Below, piece by piece: positions 34,680 through 42,940 of a DNA stretch of 42,940 bases (position 1 is its first letter; each line of letters starts with the position of its first letter). The DNA is from Catajapyx aquilonaris (taxonomy: Eukaryota). A model generated the notes under the pieces. The model was not told the DNA's origin and ran no database searches. It saw only the letters and a list, made by a program, of their open reading frames with translations. A program made the translations under genes and the position numbers. The stretch lies in assembly GCA_000934665.2 (NCBI GenBank), contig JYFJ02003371.1, forward strand, positions 1 through 42,940, read 5' to 3'.

Positions 34680-35157
34680 TTAGTAGAACCGGGAGAGGAT
34701 CTCCTCCGCAGTCAGCTCCCCGTCGCCGTTCTCATCCACAAACTTCTCGACGATGAGTCTGGCCAGCTCCGGGTTGCTCTGCATCTCTTCGACCAGCCAG
34801 CTCACCGGGAAGCTGCGTACAAAGCATGATTAGCCAATCTCACATACACTGTACATATGACAAGTTGTTTGTCCGTATCATATACCTGTCCATCCTGTCT
34901 GCCTGTACTCCGTTGCGTTCGGCTGCGGAGGCTATGGCTGCGGCCATGTCTGGATCGTAGTTCCTCTTTCCAAAGCCCCTGGCGACGGAGAGGGAGGCGT
35001 TCTTGAAGCCCCGCTGCGTGCGCACAGGGTTTCCGTCCCTCCTTCCTCCGCCCCTTCCGGTAGATCCGGAGCTGCTTCCGGTCGGACGGGCGCATGCGCT
35101 CTGCACCACTACGCTTAACACCATCGCCAGCGCCATCAGTCGGATTGACAAACCCAT
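34680..35157 (-). CDS. AT: Allatotropin neuropeptide precursor, 134 aa; coding exons 35157-34886 and 34812-34680
   Basis: A hydrophobic signal peptide is followed by R-GFKNASLSVARGF-GKR (amidated 13-mer of the allatotropin GFKNxxLxxARGFa type) and a C-terminal SFPVSWLVEEMQSNPELARLIVEKFVDENGDGELTAEEILSRFY*. A 5'UTR acceptor (tttgcag) sits at 35253, so the first exon lies further right. Confidence 0.93.
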
Positions 35158-36800
35158 CTTTCTCTTCTCTCTCTCTCTCGTATGTATTCTGGCTTGATTT
35201 CTTTATATGCTCGCTGACCTGTCTGGTTTCCACGCAAGTCCGGGCTTGAAACCTGCAAATATTAAGATTGATTTTTGTAAAATCATGCAAAACCATTTTG
35301 GCTCATTGGACACTAAAGAACGTCGCTCGTCCAGATTGCGCATGAGCTTTAGTTGCGAAGATGGGTGTTATGTAACCGCGAAAAATTACTGTAGGTCTCG
35401 TGGCGCTGCAGGCAAACGAACATTATTGTGGCGTTGCCATGCAGAATTTCATAGCCGCTGCAATCGCCGATTAATAATGAACGACTGTTTTAGCGACACA
35501 TGTTAACTGGAACACCTTGTACAGTAATGGTGTAAATTTTTAAGGTTCGTTATAATAAGATATCTTTGTACTTCAATGTTGAAAGTAGTGTAATATGACC
35601 TGTCCACAGGCGTGTGCATGAAGTCATTAAGCATCCATGTAATTTAATCGTGTTGAATTAATATCGGATGAAGAAAGAAGCTGTCAGTGTTAATGCGTGG
35701 TGTAATGATTAGCGAAAAAATTTGGCAAGGAGAATATTTTCGCCGTGATCAACCCACGAACCATCCTTGACGACGTCACATTGCGACAAAACTTTGTGCC
35801 CCATTTTCAAACTGTCCAAGCAAATTTTTGCAAACTGTCAGCTCTCAATAAGTTACTCGCACGCCTTTGAATGCAGTGCTACATTTTCCAATAATTGAAA
35901 TGTCTATTTCAGTTTGACCGCATCTGGCTGCTTATTTTTAGCTGTTACTTTCAGTGGCTAATTTTGGGATGAATTTTAGTTTTGTCATTTTGGCTTAATG
36001 ATATTTAACTGTTACTTATCATGGTTATGTGGCAATATTAGCTGCTAGTTTTGATACGTAATTCACATCGTGATGATTTTCAATAAGTTTCCCCTCGACT
36101 TGCCTTCTGAATAAGTGAAGGGGACTTCAACTCGAGTAGATTGCATGGCACGTAATCATTCTTTCATTACAGGCACTTGGTTTCCGTTCTTTCAACAAAT
36201 TGCATTGTTTTTTGGGGGTGGGCCGAATTGCAATCACTTCCGTCACAAGATTGATTAGCAAAAGGTTCGTTCGTCTAGATGAAATTAAGCTGCTTGACTC
36301 CCTCAGATAATAATGGTAGCAAGCAGATAACCTATTGGGAATTCGCCAGTGTAATTAGTGAAAGAATCCCGTGCAATGTCCGGCTGCTTGCAAGTTGATC
36401 ATTACTGGCCATTCCCTCCGGTCGGTCTACGCGGTTTCCTTTCCGACCAAGATACGTACAAGTCGCCAATGATTATTGGGTCCATGTAATTACCAGCAAT
36501 AGTTTCTTAAGTTACATTTAGGATTTAGCCCACATGTTTCTAAATAATGTTCCAATAACCTTAGTAGTTAGCACAGTTTTGACACTAAGCTGCTTGTTGT
36601 CAAGCCATTGCGTTTGAATGGTTGTTTTAGTGGTTATATCAAAAGTATCAGCAATTTTGGCACTCATAATTATCATGAAGCACAGTTACTTTTGAATAGC
36701 TACTTAGTGATGTATCAAAATGTGCAAAAAAAAAAGTATTCCCACATTTGGAACTAAGACGCTTGTCATCAGTACTTTCTTTTCAAGTTATTTTAGTGGT

Positions 36801-36804
<4 letters not shown>

Positions 36805-36851
<47 letters not shown>

Positions 36852-37126
36852 TCATACCCCGTTATCAGCCTATCGGCTCTTTAGGGGGGAAGTTTTGTTT
36901 TGCCTGGAACTTTTCGCTTTTTATTTTACTGTGGTCTTTGGGATAGGATAGGGAAGGAAGGAAGCGGCTGGGGCCTATTAATTACGGAAGCAACTCCGGA
37001 ATTTTCCTGGAAGGACCGTGGGAAACCACAGAAAAGCACGGTCAGAGTTGCCGGCACCGGGATTCGAACCCAGGACCTCCCGATTAGCAGTCGGACGCCT
37101 TATCCACTATGCCAACCTGCTTCGGT
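36805..37126 (-). mobile_element. tRNA-derived SINE family A, copy 2
   Basis: (AAT)n tail on the + strand, B box gggttcgaatcccgg on the - strand, and TSD tattttagtggttata on both sides. Confidence 0.92.
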
Positions 37127-37428
37127 ATTTTAGTGGTTATAAAAAAAGTATTAGCTGTATACAAAAGTTTTAGCACTTTTGGCACTATAATAAGGTGCTT
37201 ATCAAACAGTTACTATTATAGCAGTTAACAGAATCAGTATAGCTATGATGCAAAAGTAGCTACAAGAGTAGATTACTAAGCTGCTTTATGAAGCAGTTGC
37301 CTTTAGAGGTTATCAAAAGTATTAGCAACTAACAGTGTTAGCTATGAAAAAGTATTAGCATTATTGGCACTAACGTAAGCTGCTCCGAGCAGTTACTTTG
37401 GAATGGCTATTTTAGTTATTGGATTAGC

Positions 37429-37710
37429 ACCGAAGCAGTGCGGTGGTGGAGGGGATATGGTATCCGACTGCTAATCGGGAGGTCCTGGGTTCGAATCCCG
37501 GTGCGGGCAACTCTAACCGTGGTTTTTCTGTGGTATCCCACGGTTCCTCCAGGAGAATTCCGGAGTTGTTTCCTAAACTATTAGGCCACAGCCGCCTCCT
37601 TCCTTTCCTATATCCTATCCCAAAAAGCGCAGTAAAAACGAAAACGAAGAGTTCCAGTCAAAACAAAAAATATCCTCCCTAAAGAGCCGCCGGCTGATAA
37701 CGGGGTATGA

Positions 37711-37788
<78 letters not shown>

Positions 37789-37807
37789 GTTGTTGTTGTT
37801 GTTATTA
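37429..37807 (+). mobile_element. tRNA-derived SINE family A, copy 3
   Basis: accgaagcagtg...ggtcctgggttcgaatcccgg...cggggtatgaa, then a long (TTA)n tail. Approximate TSD ttattg(g/c)attagc. Confidence 0.92.
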
Positions 37808-40800
37808 TTATTGCATTAGCAATTTTGGACCTAATAAGCTGCTTTATGTCATGCTGTTATTTTTTTAAAGTTATTTTTAGCGGTTATGAAAAGTATTAGC
37901 ACCAGTATAATAGCAATTTCGGACCTAATAAGCTGCTTTATGCTATGCTGTTATTTTTAATATGCTATTTGTAGCGTGTATGAGGTTAGCAGCAGTAATA
38001 GCTTTTCAAGAGTAACAATTGAGGCACTAAGCTGCTTATTATCAGGCCGATACTTTTGTGTAGCTACTTGTGTAGTTACCAAAAGTGTATCAGGTAGTTT
38101 GCAAAAGTGTTTGCGATTTTGGCACTGATGAGCTCATTATTTATTTTTCAAGCAGTGACTTGTGAAAAGTATTGTAACTTTTGTCACTTCTGCTTGTATT
38201 ATGCTTTTGAATGGTATTGCTTATTTCAGTTGGTTATTTAAGATGTAAGCTATATATGCAATAAGAGTCTGGATTGTTGTTGGTGCAGTGGATGCGGGGC
38301 CACCCTGTGAAATTGGGCCAATATTTGAGCGTTGGCATTTCCATCGTAGGCGGATTTTAAACGACGTCATTGAAGCATACCTCGTCGTCCTCTCTAGTGT
38401 GACGTATAACAAATGCTTTGTTCGTGTGACGTCATTCTAAACACCCACCACTTTAAAGTGTAGGGTTAAAAAACACGACGCCCACGTGAATAATTATTGT
38501 GCAATTATTATTTTACGTTGGCGCTAAGTGTTCCAGTGGGCTGACATCATTTTTTGTGGCATTTGACTGTCCTTTGGAATAGGTAGAATTTTTCGATTAT
38601 GTTGAGGGTGACGTGACGTGTCCTCTCTTTTTTTTAAGGCAGGGGGGCTCGTGTGGCGATTAGTCGTTGGCTCCCGTGTTTGTGTTGCCTTTTCCGCTAA
38701 ACCTGACTTGCTTTTGATGAACTCTTGCGGTCCTGGACCTGCCAGTTTAATAACAGCAGGACAATCAAGTGCACTCAGGTGGGTTATACCTACTCTCTTT
38801 TTGCTCTGCAGTACGTACTTTTGGTCGTTCACACGTCATACTACATTCCACCTGTGGTCAGTAGGAGGCCCTTTCTCTGGCACATTTGACCCAGACCCAT
38901 TCGCTACAAGGTTCGAATGACGTCGCATTTATTGGAGCTCAACCGAGTGCGCACCATAGTCCGCGCAGCTTGCAGGGTTGGCACTATTAACGATATATGG
39001 TATAAGCTCTTCTTATTTCCAACGCTACAGTTGGGGGGACAAAATGGCCGCCTTTTGGGACGTTGCCAAGACTCTGGAGAGAACTCTGGCAACGTTGTCG
39101 GAACAACGAAACTGCGCTAGTGTGGGTGCGCACTCGGTTGCGTTCGTAAAAAAAAAAAAATCATCTAGGGCGATGAATGCCAACGTAGTGTTGGCAATGA
39201 TATCCTGCTAACTTAGCAGTAACTAGAAGTGGGTCGAAAATTCAACTCCCTATAGCTATTTTTAGAGACATTCGGCGCTACAGTTATCGTGACTCGAGCA
39301 AATGGCGACGGTGATTGATGGCGGTATCTTTTGAAAAAACAAAAACAACAGGAAGGAAAACGAGGCTCTTTTGCAGATATATGCGAGGGCTTTTCGCAGA
39401 AAAATTGGCGCAACTTCTGCATGTTTCATGTAGACCTTTGCGACCTTGTTTGTACCTCGTTTGGAGGCAGTGCGCACACACTGTGATACTGTGTGTTACC
39501 CTGCTTTTCGATGCATGAAGACACACACACATGAAATATGGAACCGCACAATATATGCTTGGGTGCATATACGCTTTTCAAACAGTGTTTACAATCGCGG
39601 TTAGTATACATAGACGCGCTCGAGACGCTTATCCTGTCTGTTGAGAGCAACCACAAAGCCACAATTGAGAGACGGGATGCCCGGTTTACAGGGGCTTCGC
39701 ACAGGGCCTCGCGGTGGTGTATTATTATGATCCCTTGACCTAAATACCTGCAGTGCACTGTACTGTACGTCCCTTTTCAACTGGTGGATTCAACGTATAG
39801 TGTTTTCCGGTATGCGACAAGGGCTCGCATGACAATGATCGGATTCCGCACAAGTTTCGCCGAATAATGGCAGTTGTCAGGATTCGTTAAATATGAAACC
39901 CGAATACTTCCAAGTTATTCGCAATTTTTAAAAAAATGAAGTAACTGATACACCGGTGCACTAATAATAGTAATTAAATTTTGAAACTTAACAGAAGCCT
40001 TACAATTATTTCCATAAGTCCTGCTCCAGTTTTAATAATTGCGAAAGTACTTCAGCTCTTTATTAATTATTTTTTCTGTAGGAGAAGTCGTATTACAGTA
40101 TATGCCATTACTTAGAAGGCGGATCTCTGGTACTTGCTGTTTGTCTTTCCGGAGCATTAATATTTATGTAGAGACTTTCTTACAGTTTCAAGCTGGAGTA
40201 TTGTGTAAGGGGGCCTTATTTTGCAATATTGCACGGTTCTTTTTGCGTTTTTTTTGCGCCTCAGAGTTGATTTGTTTCCAGTTTCGTTCTAGTTGTGTCT
40301 GCATACTTTTTTTTTTGCGCTCCAAAATATCATATTATGTCATCCATATCCCTATTGGCCAGTTTCGCGAACAAATGTCAGCCGATTTTGCAATGAATTT
40401 TAACCAGTTATTTTTGCACAGTTACTTCCAGCTGTTATCAAAAATATTACCTTTTGATATGAAGTTGTGTGGACAGATAAAGCCTTCCAAAAATCATTGG
40501 CAATTTCATTACAATTGCATTCAATTGTCGTAAAGACGCGGGTCATGATGACGCATTATTTTTGTAGCTAATTAGTGGGCGGTATTATCCTCGTATGTTG
40601 CGAATGACGTCATGCTGTGTAGGTTTCGTTTTATGCCAATATTTGCAAAAAATATATATACTCGAGACACGGGGCATGTGAAACGAAATTTTGAAACTCA
40701 TTTTAGCTTAAGCAAGTGAAAACGCAATGAGACAAAAATAGTTCGTTCGGAATAAATTAAACCGTGAAATTGACCGTGCAAATCTTTGGAAATTAAATCC

Positions 40801-40974
40801 CCCCCCCCCCCCCCTGAGTTTAAAACCCCCCTCTTTTGAAGCGTCCCAAACAGGCTTAAATTACCATCAACTGAAGCCAATAGGATATACTCAAAGTGAT
40901 GATGAAAAAAGGTATAGTAGTAACAACCCATTTAAAAAAAAGTTAGCAGCGATGTCTAATCGTCATAAATAGAA

Positions 40975-42440
40975 TTGGCTGTGCCTCTGTCCGGTGTGAG
41001 TCATCAGATAGGTGGCAGCACTGTGCAGAGAGGGAGGGTGCGCCATCTGTGAGTGAAGTAAGGTACTTTTCGTGGACACTCGGGCAGTTTTGTTTTAATT
41101 AATTATTTTTCTTTGTATTTTTCCGCATAGTTATTGAGGTACACTCTATATTTATGAGAACTAAAATTCGCGATTGAATTACTTCCAACCCTCCAAGCGA
41201 GACATGCAAAAAAAAAATAATGTATATATGAAAGGTCTCTGCACCTTCGTTGAGATCAACCGCCTGTAGCTAGGGCTTCGTTTTGAACTGATAGAAAAAA
41301 TATATATAGCCATTAAATTTCTGGATGAACACAGGGAGCCGTTACAATGTCTGGATTCATAGCTCACTAGAGATGGTTGACACATGATATCCTCCTAGTG
41401 CTGCACTTTGTGAGAGCGCAATTTAATATCGCCGCGCCGGGTTATTTTTTTTTGCACATGTTTCAGTGGAGCTTATCTTCGTAGATGTTTTCATATTCTG
41501 TAATCTGATATAGAGGATATAAGTACAAATTATCTGAAAAGCTACCTACGCGGCTGCTATATCGTTATGATAATATATATTCAGTGCAATACAGTATAGC
41601 ACATCCAGGATAGCTGCAGTGTCTATAAATAGTTCGTAAAAATATTTGATGTTTGTTAGCTGTAATAAGTGGCGTACAGTACGCAGTGGCAGGGGCTTTA
41701 GCGTATTTATAGCTACGATTCAATTACGTCTGCCCATAAATATAAAAAATGCGCATACACGCACTGGATGTTGCGTTACTATAAATATAAAACCGAGCGG
41801 GGGGAAAAATCGCGCCCAATTTGTCTGGTATTTTCTGCGGTGAAATCGCAAAGAGTGTAAAATGCAATGTGCATTAGCAAAAACACCCACGCAAACGCCC
41901 GACGGCCACTGGTTTTAATTGCATGTCCTCCGCATTCTTTTCATTTGCGAATCACTTTTTCTCCACAAAGAACCTGTAGAGGCTTCACTCCCATTTCAAA
42001 TTTTCGCAAAAAAAAAAAAAAAATGGCACTTTGGGCGAGTTAGCGCCTCTCTTTTTTTTTAATGCTTCTGCGCCACCACAACCGAATCAGAAGTGGCTAT
42101 GAGTTGGTCTATTCAATTTAAAGCTAGGATATATTTCCAGCCATCAGGAAGCTAATTTTACATCGAAAAACCAGAAATGAGGCCACGCTATGCTTGCGTC
42201 AATAGCTTTTGAAATGTGAACATTCCATCGCAACCGAGACTGTACTTTTAAAAGAGAGGAAGTTTTCATATTTTAATCCAATCTAACATTAACAACTTTT
42301 TAAGCCACTAAATATAGGTAAAACTGGCCCAGACTGTCCGCGTAGTATCCTACGTCTCTCATAGATGGCGCATCCTCCCTCTCTTCACACTCCTACCATG
42401 TAGCTGATGACTCCGGACAAACAGAGGCACAGACTCAATC
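40975..42440. mobile_element. Old ~1.45 kb element bounded by ~120 bp diverged inverted repeats
   Basis: 40975-41095 (ctgtgcctctgtccgg..gagtcatcag..agagagggagggtgcgccatctgtgag..gggcagtttt) is the diverged reverse complement of ~42320-42440. Confidence 0.6.
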
Positions 42441-42940
42441 TACTACTACTTCCGTGGCCCAAATTAGTCGAAACCTATACAATTTATTGAACAATTTAAG
42501 GAGGCGACCCGCTGATTTACCACGTAGTACTAATCTTCAGGCATAGATGGCGCACATCTGGACACACCCGCCACCCTCAGAGATAGCGGTACTATCAGGT
42601 CGGACAAACATCCGAACGACAGGCTCTTTTTTTTCAGCATGTTTTAACAAGCGAGGAAATTTTCTGAGACACCCTGTGACCTGGAAATAAGCCGTCACAC
42701 CCCCACCGAAAGTACGACAAAATAATTAGGGTTTTGCGTGTGGTTAAACGGACAGCGAGTCGCGACTAATAGGCGGTTAAAGGAGACCAAAGTCATCTGC
42801 TAATGCAACCTCAATCACTGGGAAGTCACTTATTTCCTCCTCTTTTGTCTAATGGGGTCCCGCGGAGCTCTGATTACTATACGTGGGTGTCACTCGGACC
42901 AATCGGAATCACCCTGTCGTGATGTAGGACACCAATCAGT

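Larger units (their letters stand above)
36560..38200. repeat. Degenerate AT-rich satellite-like array interrupted by two SINEs
   Basis: Recurring modules aaaagtattagca, ttttggcacta, taagctgct and agcagttact. The unit length cannot be determined precisely by eye. Confidence 0.65.

Noticed and set aside
37429..37510. tRNA-like sequence with GGTTCGAATCC (also at ~37060, ~2220, ~8525)
   Set aside because: These are SINE heads followed by a SINE body, (TTA)n tail and TSD, not tRNA genes.
38221..42940. Multiple 60-164 aa ORFs in the right-hand region
   Set aside because: Low-complexity or AT-rich translations with no recognisable domains or consistent exon structure; likely intronic or intergenic.

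Overview
Eukaryotic (arthropod-like) genomic DNA with short GT-AG introns, so the six-frame ORF track misses most real genes. On the + strand, left to right: the last two coding exons of POP1 (RNase P/MRP subunit); a canonical 3-exon SUMO gene (96 aa, ending QQQTGG-RAL); a ~16 kb tandem array of eight divergent SUMO-derived units (13.9-29.8 kb); and a 6-exon acyl-protein thioesterase gene (Apt1/LYPLA). An allatotropin neuropeptide precursor lies on the - strand. The array holds 14 SUMO-like domains: five single-domain units plus genes with 3, 4 (the last degenerate) and 2 tandem domains. All keep SUMO's phase-0 mid-domain intron, and none keeps the C-terminal di-glycine. Intergenic and intronic DNA carries tRNA-derived SINEs with target-site duplications, several MITE families, a DINE-1/Helentron-like element and satellite-like repeats. 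The main novelty candidate is this locally expanded family of non-conjugatable mono- and poly-SUMO-like proteins. All gene models were spliced by hand and lack transcript support.
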